64,000 nt of DNA, taken from contig CAZWTD010000002.1 of the NCBI GenBank assembly GCA_964637345.1, forward strand, positions 6,426 to 70,425. Direction: 5' to 3'. This stretch comes from an uncultured Gammaproteobacteria bacterium. GTDB lineage: Bacteria > Patescibacteriota > Patescibacteriia > HK-STAS-PATE-3. This document shows positions 26,451-34,795 of this stretch, piece after piece (position 1 is the first letter of the stretch; each line of letters starts with the position of its first letter). The notes beneath the pieces were generated by a model. It saw nothing but the letters and a program-made list of their open reading frames with translations. It was not told the origin of the DNA and did no database searches. The position numbers were made by a program, and so were the translations under genes.

Positions 26451-27077
26451 ATGCTTGATACCCTCTTTGGATCACGAACCCGCGCGAAACTCCTCCGACT
26501 CTTCTTTGCTCATCCGAAAGAGCCCTTTTACGTGCGTGAGATTTGCCGGAAACTCGACGAGCACTTGAATGCAGTTCGGCGAGAACTTGTTCATCTCACG
26601 GACCTCGATCTCATCCGTGAAGAAGAGCGCGATCATAAAAAGTACTACTCGGTGAACACGAATTTTGTTCTCTATCCGGAGCTTCGTGCGCTCGTCCTCA
26701 AAACCCAGGTTATGTTTCAGCGTAACTTCCTTGAGGCGGTACGGGGTATTGGGTCCGTAAAGCTCCTCGTCCTTACCGGGGTTTTTGTCGGGCTTCCCGA
26801 CACCTTGACTGACGTGCTCATTGTCGGAAAGATTAATCGCCCAAAACTTCGGAGGCTTCTAGGCTTACTTCAGGAACATGTTGAGCAGCCGATTCGCTAC
26901 ACCCTTTTTTCGACCCGCGAGTTTACGTATCGAAACGATTTAACGGATCGTTTTATCTATCACATTCTCGAAAACAAAAAGATTGTTATGGTTGATCATA
27001 TTGATGCGATGCTTAAGCGGGCGGCGCTGAAAAAAGCCGACGAGGCGAAACGTGAACCAGAAACAAAGAATTCTTAA
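26451..27077 (+). CDS. putative winged-helix DNA-binding protein
   Basis: The N-terminus (SRTRAKLLRLFFAHPKEPFYVREICRKLDEHLNAVRRELVHLTDLDLI) resembles ArsR/wHTH regulators, and the C-terminal domain is unknown. It is divergent from the propeller protein. Confidence 0.4.
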   Translation: MLDTLFGSRTRAKLLRLFFAHPKEPFYVREICRKLDEHLNAVRRELVHLTDLDLIREEERDHKKYYSVNTNFVLYPELRALVLKTQVMFQRNFLEAVRGIGSVKLLVLTGVFVGLPDTLTDVLIVGKINRPKLRRLLGLLQEHVEQPIRYTLFSTREFTYRNDLTDRFIYHILENKKIVMVDHIDAMLKRAALKKADEAKREPETKNS

Positions 27078-27489
27078 GAATTCCAAAGCGCAGCATTGGC
27101 TTATCCTGGACACACGCAACCCGCAATGTGCGGTTATCGGCTTGTTTCGAGTAAAAACTTTTTCCTTTCGGCGCGAAATTCGACGAAGACATCAAAAGCC
27201 CATTCCACTTCTCGCTGAAGTGGACCGTCTCCTTAAGGGTAGAGGCACGCTCGCTGGTCTTTGCTTTGTAAATGCCCCCGGTGGATTTACCAGTTTACGA
27301 ACCGGCCTTGTTCTTGCTCAAACACTAGCCTTCGCTCGAACTATTCCGCTCATCGAGCTCACCTCAAGCGATCCGAAAAGTATTTCAGCGGCAATTCGGC
27401 GAGCAAAGAAGGTAGCGCAGCTTCAGTACGGCCGTGCTCCATCGATCACTCTACCTCGATCGAATCCTACGCGGAAACCATCGGCGTAA
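27052..27489 (+). CDS. tsaB: TsaB/YeaZ-like (inactive Kae1 paralogue) protein, short
   Basis: HWLILDTRNPQCAVIGLF...GPGGFTSLRTGLVLAQTLAF matches the N-terminal lobe of TsaB. It is only about 145 aa, and the start is uncertain. Confidence 0.4.
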   Translation: MNQKQRILKNSKAQHWLILDTRNPQCAVIGLFRVKTFSFRREIRRRHQKPIPLLAEVDRLLKGRGTLAGLCFVNAPGGFTSLRTGLVLAQTLAFARTIPLIELTSSDPKSISAAIRRAKKVAQLQYGRAPSITLPRSNPTRKPSA

Positions 27490-28639
27490 ATCCCGGGGCG
27501 AGTAGCTGCGCTCCAAAGCCCTCAACGCGTCCGCGCAAGCCGCGGATGGCAGCCTGAATGCGATCGCTATTCCAAAGCGCACTTGAATGAGCTGCTCCGC
27601 GCGTTTCGAGCTGTTCGAAGCTTACGGTGAGCGAGTGAATGCTTAGGGATAGTCCAAGTGTATCCAGGAATATCCGTCGGACGAGGGATGCAAAGGTAGT
27701 GCGCGACCGCAGATCAGACAGCTCAATGCGGCGTTGGTGGGTTTGGCCTTTATTGTCCGTCATTCGGAGAGTAAGAAAACCCGCCGAGCGGCCTTGCGAC
27801 TGAAGTGCCCGTACGCCTTTCTCGGTAAGGTGCTGAACTGCTGAAATAAGCCAGTCCGTATTTTGAACTGGTTGCTCGAAGGTTAAGCTTCGGCTGAGAC
27901 TTTTTGTTAGGGCAACTGGAGTGATGTTGCTTTCGTCCCGGCCTTGAGCTTCTCGTTGCCAAATGAGACCGGCCTGACCAAACTGTTTTTCCAACCAGGC
28001 GTCCGAGGCCTGGGCGAGCTGACCGAGAGTTGAGATCCCGTGTGCGATAAGAAAGTCCCGTGCGCGTTCGCCCAGCGAATAGAGCCGTTGAAGCGGGAGC
28101 GGGTAGAGGTAGGCCCGTTCGTCTCCATTCGGGATCATTGTTATTCCATTGGGACGCTTATGACTTGAAGCAGCATAGGCAACCGCTTTCGTTTGTCCGA
28201 TGCCGATGCTTGCGGTTAGTCCTAGCTCCTTTTCAATCGATCGTTGAAGTGAAACAGCGAGATCGGCGGGCGCGCTTCTCGCAAAACGCTCGTCGCTAAG
28301 ATCAAGAAAGGCCTCGTCGAGAAGCCGAGGTTCAATTCGATCGGCGTAGCGGAGAAGGAGCGAAAAGAAGCTTCGAGAGCGGCGCTCGGCTTCTTGGAGG
28401 TCAAGCGGTTGAGCGACAACGAGAGGGCAAAGGCGAAGCGCCTCGGAAGCCTGAAGACCAGGGCGAAGTCCAAGACGGCGCGCGAGAGCGTTAAGGGCGA
28501 GAATCGGGCCATTTGCATTTCCATTAGTCACTACTAATGGTCGGCCTGACCATTCTGGACGTCGCTGGGTTTCAATTGAGGTCAAAAAACTATCGAGGCG
28601 GATATGGAGAATAAGGCGAGGGGAGTGCGGGGTATGCAT
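27467..28639 (-). CDS. Y-family (DinB/UmuC-like) translesion DNA polymerase
   Basis: Start taken at MHTPHSPRLILHIRLDSFLTSIE, the Y-family N-terminal motif. Palm, fingers and little-finger regions are recognisable. It lies immediately downstream of lexA on the same strand. Confidence 0.7.
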   Translation of the reverse strand: MHTPHSPRLILHIRLDSFLTSIETQRRPEWSGRPLVVTNGNANGPILALNALARRLGLRPGLQASEALRLCPLVVAQPLDLQEAERRSRSFFSLLLRYADRIEPRLLDEAFLDLSDERFARSAPADLAVSLQRSIEKELGLTASIGIGQTKAVAYAASSHKRPNGITMIPNGDERAYLYPLPLQRLYSLGERARDFLIAHGISTLGQLAQASDAWLEKQFGQAGLIWQREAQGRDESNITPVALTKSLSRSLTFEQPVQNTDWLISAVQHLTEKGVRALQSQGRSAGFLTLRMTDNKGQTHQRRIELSDLRSRTTFASLVRRIFLDTLGLSLSIHSLTVSFEQLETRGAAHSSALWNSDRIQAAIRGLRGRVEGFGAQLLAPGFTPMVSA

Positions 28640-28676
28640 AGGCCGAAGAAAAACCGAAGGATAAAAGGAAAAAAAT

Positions 28677-29303
28677 TTAGTATTTTCGAACGACGCCGAG
28701 GACTTTGCCTTGGATGACAACGGAGCGAACCTGAATCGGCTTATAGTTTTTATTAGCCGGTTGGAGCCGAACGTAGTTTTTATGCTTGTACATTTTTTTC
28801 AGTGTAGCAGTACCGTCTTCCAGGAGCGCGACAACCATATCGCCGTCTCGAGCGTAGTCGGTTTTTTCGATAACAACATAATCGCCGTCGGCAATCAGGC
28901 TCTCGATCATCGAGTCTCCGCGCACGCGAAGGACGTAGGCGTTTTTTCGTCCGACGATTTCTTCGGGAACTGAAAGCGTCGCATCCCGATTTTCAATCGC
29001 CTCAATCGGGTAGCCGGCTGCGATCGTTCCTACCAGCGGAAGGAGAATCCCGCCGTCGACAGCTCGGTCGTTCTCAAGGGAATCATCTGGGTCAAGAATC
29101 GTAATTCCACGCGCTTGTTGGTGGTCGCGTCGGATAAACTTACTCTTTTCGAGAAAGTCGAGATGCTCGTGAACCGTTGCGAGCGAGGAAACGCGGAAAA
29201 ATTTCGCGATTTCGGTTAGGGTCGGCGCGTAGCGATGCTCCTCGATGTATTCTTTGAGGTATTGGAGGAGCGCTTGTTTTTTCTTTGGAAGAATTGTCGC
29301 CAT
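28677..29303 (-). CDS. lexA: LexA repressor (S24 peptidase)
   Basis: N-terminal wHTH, an AG cleavage site (IAAGYP), catalytic Ser (GDSM) and Lys (LKKM). Confidence 0.9.
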   Translation of the reverse strand: MATILPKKKQALLQYLKEYIEEHRYAPTLTEIAKFFRVSSLATVHEHLDFLEKSKFIRRDHQQARGITILDPDDSLENDRAVDGGILLPLVGTIAAGYPIEAIENRDATLSVPEEIVGRKNAYVLRVRGDSMIESLIADGDYVVIEKTDYARDGDMVVALLEDGTATLKKMYKHKNYVRLQPANKNYKPIQVRSVVIQGKVLGVVRKY

Positions 29304-29510
29304 ACGAGAGTGAGGATTTTCGGTACCCTAGTTCGGGTTTAGGAGGGGAGGGTCTTTTGTTGTAAAACCAGTATAAACCGAAGGAAAACCGAATGTCAAG
29401 GGCCTCTTTGAGAATGACTAATTCCCAAGAAAAAATGACCAAAATTGAAAAGAAAGGATTGATCATTAGGATTTGGTCATTCGTCGTTTCCCCGCTATAC
29501 TTCCGGCGCT

Positions 29511-31601
29511 ATGGCTGAGAAATATATCCTCAAACGCACTGAAGGACCGTCGACCTTAAAGGTTGACTACGCGAAAGAGCTCAATGCAGAGCAGCTGACC
29601 GTTATTGAGAATGGCGACGGTCCGGTTCTCGTTCTCGCCGGCGCGGGCTCAGGAAAGACCCGGACGATCGTCTACCGCGTGGCCTACCTCCTTGAGCGGG
29701 GAATCCGGCCCGACAACATTCTCCTCGTTACGTTTACGAACAAAGCAGCAAAAGAGATGCTGTTTCGGATCCAGGAGCTCCTCGGCGCTTTTCCGAAAGG
29801 ACTTTGGGGCGGAACCTTTCATCATATCGCGAACCTTTTGCTTCGTCGCTTCGGTTCAAGCATTGGTTTTGAGCCGAATTTTACGATTCTCGATGAAGAG
29901 GATGCGAAATCCTTGCTTTCGGTATGCGTGAAGGATGAGGGGATTGATACAAAGGCGAAGCGTTTTCCCGCGCCGGCCGTTTTGAAGAGCATTATTAGTT
30001 TAAGCCTCAATACGCGCGAGTCGATTGAGGATGTTCTCGAGCGCCAGTATTCGAATTTTTTGCCTTTGGGCGAGTCGATTCGTACGGTTGCGAAGCGTTA
30101 CGCTGAGCGGAAAGCAAAGCATCATCTCATGGATTTTGATGACCTACTTGTTCAACTGGACCGCCTCCTTCGCGAACGGCCGGATATTCGCGAGCGGATC
30201 GCCGGGCAGTTCAAGTATGTGTTAGTCGATGAATACCAGGACACGAACCGCATCCAAGCTTCCCTCGTTGAACAGCTCGCGAGCGCTCATGGTAACCTGC
30301 TGGTGGTCGGGGATGACGCGCAGAGCATCTACGCCTTCCGCGGGGCAACGGTTCGGAATATTCTCGATTTTCCAAAAACCTTCCGCGGGGCAAAAACCTT
30401 TAAACTCGAGACGAACTACCGCTCGATTGAGCCGGTGCTCGAGGTAGCGAATGCCGTTATCCAGCATAATACCGAGCAGTTTGAGAAAACCTTAAAGCCG
30501 GTTCGCGCTGGGCGGGCGAAACCGATTGTCGTTCCGGCGGCTTCCACTGAACAAGAAGCGGAATTTATTAGCCAGCGCATATTGGAGTTTCGCGAAGACG
30601 GTATTCCGCTGTCGAACATTGCCGTGCTCTTCCGCGCGACCTACCAATCCCAATCGCTTGAATTCGAGCTGACCCGGCGGGATGTTCCCTACGAGTATCG
30701 TGGCGGCCTTCGTTTTTTCGAACGTGCCCATATTAAAGATGTCATTTCCTATCTTCGCTTGATCGATAACCCCCGGGATGAGGTGGCCTTTCTCCGCGTC
30801 GCGCAACTCTACGAGGGAATCGGGATTGAAACAGCCCTCAAACTCTGGCGCGAATGTTTCTCGAAAGTCACGCCGGGTGAAGGACTCGCGAGCGTTGACT
30901 GTTCAGCGGTTGGCGGCCAGCGGGCGCAGGCCGGGATCCAGGCGCTTCAGACTGCGTTGAAAGACCTTGGGAAGCCGGATGAGGCACAGCCCAGCGATCT
31001 TATCACGCGCGTTGCGAAAGGGAGTTACCGTGAGTATCTTCGCGTGACCTACCCGAATGCGGACGAGCGCTTTGAGGATTTACTCGAGTTATCCCGTTTT
31101 GGAGAACGCTATACGAAACTCTCGCTCTTTCTTTCCGAGGTTTCGCTCCAGGAGTCCTTCGGGGTCGGCGGAGAAGGGGAGGATCGGGAGAATGAACGGC
31201 TTGTCCTCTCAACGATTCATCAAGCGAAAGGCTTGGAGTGGGAAGTGGTTTTCCTGCTTGGGTGTAATGATGGGGCCTTTCCCAACCCGCGAGCGCTAAC
31301 CGAAGAAGGGGGAGTTGAGGAGGAGCGGCGCTTATTCTACGTTGCCGTGACCCGGGCGAAGACGCATTTGTTCCTGACCTATTCGATTGGCGTGAATATG
31401 CGGCTGACGACGATGCGAATGCAGCGGCCCTCGCCCTTCATCGGGGAAATTCCCGATGCGCTCGTTGAAGAGCTTCAGCTCTCCGAAGAGCCGCTTACTG
31501 ATCCGGATTTCGTTATCGAGCGGGATGAAAACGGGGAACCGATGAGCTTGCTCGATACCCTGCTTGCTTCGCACGAGCGGAGGAAGAAGCGTAGAGGGTA
31601 G
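29511..31601 (+). CDS. uvrD: UvrD/PcrA-family ATP-dependent DNA helicase
   Basis: Motifs I (AGAGSGKT), II (DEYQDTN), and later helicase motifs are present. It is divergent from lexA. Confidence 0.9.
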   Translation: MAEKYILKRTEGPSTLKVDYAKELNAEQLTVIENGDGPVLVLAGAGSGKTRTIVYRVAYLLERGIRPDNILLVTFTNKAAKEMLFRIQELLGAFPKGLWGGTFHHIANLLLRRFGSSIGFEPNFTILDEEDAKSLLSVCVKDEGIDTKAKRFPAPAVLKSIISLSLNTRESIEDVLERQYSNFLPLGESIRTVAKRYAERKAKHHLMDFDDLLVQLDRLLRERPDIRERIAGQFKYVLVDEYQDTNRIQASLVEQLASAHGNLLVVGDDAQSIYAFRGATVRNILDFPKTFRGAKTFKLETNYRSIEPVLEVANAVIQHNTEQFEKTLKPVRAGRAKPIVVPAASTEQEAEFISQRILEFREDGIPLSNIAVLFRATYQSQSLEFELTRRDVPYEYRGGLRFFERAHIKDVISYLRLIDNPRDEVAFLRVAQLYEGIGIETALKLWRECFSKVTPGEGLASVDCSAVGGQRAQAGIQALQTALKDLGKPDEAQPSDLITRVAKGSYREYLRVTYPNADERFEDLLELSRFGERYTKLSLFLSEVSLQESFGVGGEGEDRENERLVLSTIHQAKGLEWEVVFLLGCNDGAFPNPRALTEEGGVEEERRLFYVAVTRAKTHLFLTYSIGVNMRLTTMRMQRPSPFIGEIPDALVEELQLSEEPLTDPDFVIERDENGEPMSLLDTLLASHERRKKRRG

Positions 31602-31733
31602 GTTTTTCTGAACGAGATAGAGGGTCTGCGTTATCAGTATGAAAGATACGTCACGGGACTCGGGGTGACAAAAAGGAAGACGCCCCTGGTCGCGAGAAGC
31701 GAGCAGGGGCGTTCGTGGTGTTCGAGACTCAAG

Positions 31734-31934
31734 CTAGGTTGCCGGAGTTGGGTCGGGTCGGGTCGCGGCGAGGGCCCGGGAGCAGTACTTCGGGTGCGTC
31801 GTGATCCAAGACTTCAGGACCGGTTCACCACAGTCTTGACAGCGAGCACAACCGCACTCGGTTTCATGGGTCATCTTGGACCCAGGCTTGTGACAAGAAC
31901 AGACACAGAGCGTCGGATCCATTCCTTCGTGCAT
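31734..31934 (-). CDS. small Cys-rich protein (8 Cys in 66 aa), unknown function
   Basis: Strong SD (AAAGGAGG) sits 6 nt before the ATG. The cysteines form CxCxC...CGCxxCxxCG...YC patterns. Confidence 0.4.
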   Translation of the reverse strand: MHEGMDPTLCVCSCHKPGSKMTHETECGCARCQDCGEPVLKSWITTHPKYCSRALAATRPDPTPAT

Positions 31935-31969
31935 GGAAGCCTCCTTTCAGGGCATCCAGGGTTTTCGGG

Positions 31970-32770
31970 TTACCAGGGCTTGGCTGTGCCGTCGACGTCG
32001 ACCCAGGTCGTCTGGCCGAGGAAGAGGTCGTTCATCAGGGGAACGATGTCGACGTCGAGCTCCTTGTAAAAGGTCCTTCGTGTGTCAGGCCCGAAGTTAC
32101 CGTCGGACTCGAGGCCGAAGAAGGTCTGGAAGGTCTTGAGCCACGCTATGGCCGCGTCGTCCATCACGCCGGTAAGCGCGAGGGGCGGCAGGGCCTGCCG
32201 GATAAACTCCGGGAGGATGCGAGAAGCCGCCTGCATGATGAGCTGGAGCGTAACCGCAGGCGGACCACTGGCCCGCGTCCCATCTTCAGCAATCGAGTTG
32301 AAGTAGGGCGGGAAGAGCGGCGCGACCCGGAGAAGCGATCCGTTGGTGGCAAACGACGGCTCGGCCATTCCGATGCCGTTGAGGGTCACGAGCCACGGAG
32401 GATCGGTGATCTTCCCAGAAGGGTTGATGCGCCGGGCGAAGGAGTGGCGACCACGAGGAACTTTCGCGCGCTTCGTTTCCCCGCCGACCGCCTCCTTGTA
32501 CAAGAGTCCGTCCCAGCCGCCAGCCGGGAGAACCGCGTACAGGACGGCGTCCAAGCGCGCACCTTCGATGTCCGCTTCGAACTGCGTAGCCTCCGCGCCG
32601 ACCGCGGGGTCGCTGACGAGGACGGCCCAGTCCTTCCCGTGCTTGTCCCGGGGATTGGGAATAATGATCATTGGGTAGGCCCCGGGACCGAGCCTGGTCG
32701 ACTCGGTGTCACCGCGTTTCGATGTTACCCGATACAGGCGACATCCCTTTTCTTCGACTGTAAGGAGCAT
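31970..32770 (-). CDS. protein with C-terminal peptidoglycan-binding domain (PG_binding_1-like), unrecognised N-terminal domain
   Basis: Strong SD (GGAGGGAGG). The C-terminal LTGVMDDAAIAWLKTFQTFFGLESDGNFGPDTRRTFYKEL matches the PGBD helix-bundle signature. No signal peptide. The gene has slightly higher GC and G/C-ending codons than its neighbours. Confidence 0.5.
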   Translation of the reverse strand: MLLTVEEKGCRLYRVTSKRGDTESTRLGPGAYPMIIIPNPRDKHGKDWAVLVSDPAVGAEATQFEADIEGARLDAVLYAVLPAGGWDGLLYKEAVGGETKRAKVPRGRHSFARRINPSGKITDPPWLVTLNGIGMAEPSFATNGSLLRVAPLFPPYFNSIAEDGTRASGPPAVTLQLIMQAASRILPEFIRQALPPLALTGVMDDAAIAWLKTFQTFFGLESDGNFGPDTRRTFYKELDVDIVPLMNDLFLGQTTWVDVDGTAKPW

Positions 32771-32920
32771 GAGACCTCCCTCCTAGGGTAGTGGTTTCTG
32801 TTGGAACTCCGAGAGGAGCCTAGCTTTTAGGGGAAAAAAGTGCAAGACAGGTAGAGAGGAGGGAGTTATCCACCACCCAGGCCATTTCTTTGACGAATCG
32901 ACAAGAAAATGACGATTTTG

Positions 32921-32990
32921 AAGTGGTTGACGCGAATAGGAAAGTGGTATAAAATGGATGAAGAAGGGTGAAAAGTGGATAAAAGTGGGG
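32921..32990 (+). promoter_or_regulatory. mraZ promoter region with four phased GTGG direct repeats (candidate MraZ boxes) and a TTGAC/TATAAAAT promoter
   Basis: GTGG occurs at 32922, 32943, 32974 and 32984, a spacing of about 10 or 21 nt. TTGAC (32926) and TATAAAAT (32947) lie upstream of mraZ. Confidence 0.4.
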
Positions 32991-33043
32991 ATAAGTCCGA
33001 AGAAGAGTGGACAACCCAATATCCCGCCCGAATACACGATTCT

Positions 33044-33475
33044 ATGTTTATCGGCGAATATTATCACGCGGTTGATGAAAAAGGGCGGCTCGCCATCCCG
33101 ATTAAGTTCCGGGAAGAGCTGTCGAAAGGGGCAGTCGTTACGCGCGGGCTCGATAACTGTCTTTTCCTCTACACCCAGAAAGAGTGGGAAGCCCTCGCCG
33201 GAAAACTCGCCAATTTGCCAATCGCCCGAGCGAATACCCGGGCTTTTTCGCGGTTAATGCTTGCCGGGGCGATGGACGTCGAAATCGACAAGCAGGGGAG
33301 AGTCGTCCTCCCTGATTATTTGCGGAAGTTTGCCGGGTTAAAGAAGAAAGTCGTTGTGGCTGGGCTCTATAACCGCCTTGAACTTTGGGATGAACTGGCC
33401 TGGAGCCGCTACAAGGCCTCAACGGAGAAGACAAGCAGTGATATCGCCGAAGCGCTCGGAGAACTCGGCGTCTAA
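33044..33475 (+). CDS. mraZ: transcriptional regulator MraZ
   Basis: Two tandem MraZ/SpoVT-AbrB-like repeats. The start codon is ambiguous between 32975 and 33044. It is the first gene of the dcw cluster. Confidence 0.8.
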   Translation: MFIGEYYHAVDEKGRLAIPIKFREELSKGAVVTRGLDNCLFLYTQKEWEALAGKLANLPIARANTRAFSRLMLAGAMDVEIDKQGRVVLPDYLRKFAGLKKKVVVAGLYNRLELWDELAWSRYKASTEKTSSDIAEALGELGV

Positions 33476-34433
33476 GCGCCCTTCAAAAAATCAAACCGGA
33501 CATATTCCGGTTCTCCTGACGGAAACCCTCGCCTGGCTCAGTCTAAGGCCTGGCGACCACAGCCTCGATCTCACGGTCGGCGGAGGTGGTCACGCGGCCG
33601 CGCTCCTTGAAGCGACAGGTCCAGCAGGAAAGCTTATCGGCTTTGACGCTGATCCAGACACGCTCGCGATCGCTCGCGAACGGCTCCGGGCCTACGGCCG
33701 CCGAGTCCATCTCATCCACGCCAACTTTCGCGATTGTCGCGCCATACTCAATGATCAATTTCCAGACTTTCGACCTCGCGCTGTTCTACTTGACCTTGGC
33801 CTCTCTTCATTGGCACTCGGGGCAGCTCATTCCAGATTTTCTTTCCTAGGTAAGGGACCGCTCGATTTCCGCTTTGATCCGACCCGAGAGGGGACGACCG
33901 CCGCGGATCTCGTGAATACCGCTCGCGAAGATGAGCTTATCGAGATGTTCCGGAGCTACGGCGAGGAGCCAGAAGCGAAGCGGATTGCCCGGGCGATTAT
34001 CGCTCGGCGCAAGGAAGCGCCGATTCACTTCACTCAGGAGCTCAGTGAAGTCATTGTCGCTGCGCTTCCAAAAGGCCGGCGCCCCGGACGCATCCATCCG
34101 GCAACGCGAAGCTTCCAGGCGCTGCGGATCGCCGTGAACGACGAACTCGGAGCCCTTGAACAGGTTCTCCCTGATCTCCTCGAAGTAGTCCCGAAGGGTG
34201 GACGGCTCGCAGTTCTGAGCTACCACTCGCTCGAAGACCGGATCGTGAAGCATTTCTTCCGGAATGAAGCGCGCGACTGCCTTTGCCCGGCCGAACAGCC
34301 GACCTGCACCTGCGGACATCGCGCCAAGCTCCGCGTCCTTACCCCGCATCCCATTATTCCATCTCCGACTGAACAAACTCACAACCCGCGATCCCGGAGC
34401 GCCAAGCTCCGCGTCGCAGAAAGGATAGCCTGA
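33438..34433 (+). CDS. rsmH: 16S rRNA (cytosine1402-N4)-methyltransferase RsmH (MraW)
   Basis: HIPVLLxE N-terminal motif, SAM-binding DLTVGGGGHA, and a C-terminal region typical of RsmH. Probable GTG start inside the 3' end of mraZ. The track ORF at 33354 has no ATG. Confidence 0.8.
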   Translation: MISPKRSENSASKRPSKNQTGHIPVLLTETLAWLSLRPGDHSLDLTVGGGGHAAALLEATGPAGKLIGFDADPDTLAIARERLRAYGRRVHLIHANFRDCRAILNDQFPDFRPRAVLLDLGLSSLALGAAHSRFSFLGKGPLDFRFDPTREGTTAADLVNTAREDELIEMFRSYGEEPEAKRIARAIIARRKEAPIHFTQELSEVIVAALPKGRRPGRIHPATRSFQALRIAVNDELGALEQVLPDLLEVVPKGGRLAVLSYHSLEDRIVKHFFRNEARDCLCPAEQPTCTCGHRAKLRVLTPHPIIPSPTEQTHNPRSRSAKLRVAERIA

Positions 34434-34789
34434 TGAGCCTTCTGACCACCCGAACCCGACGAACAGTAGCCCAAGATCTCGCTGCAAATCTTGTAACGAC
34501 GATTAAGGTACGCATGACAGCGCTTACGCTTGTTGGGATTTTTTTAAGCTTAGCGGGCGGAATTACCTATCTCACGTTGATTAACCGGACCGCGACAACG
34601 GGTTTTGAGATTAAAGCGCTCGAGCAGCGAGTCAGCGAGCTCCGCGATACAAACCGAAAGCTTGAACTTCAGGCAACCCAGCTTCGTTCGCTTTCAACAG
34701 TCGAGTCAGCGACCGAGTCGCTCGGACTGACCCAGGTCGCCCAGATAGAGTACCTTCCGACCGGGACGACCGCAGTCGCGCAAAAGTAA
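34433..34789 (+). CDS. ftsL: FtsL-like cell-division protein
   Basis: Small protein with one TM helix and a coiled-coil (ALEQRVSELRDTNRKLELQATQLR). It sits in the canonical position between rsmH and ftsI. Confidence 0.5.
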   Translation: MSLLTTRTRRTVAQDLAANLVTTIKVRMTALTLVGIFLSLAGGITYLTLINRTATTGFEIKALEQRVSELRDTNRKLELQATQLRSLSTVESATESLGLTQVAQIEYLPTGTTAVAQK

Positions 34790-34795
34790 GCACCT

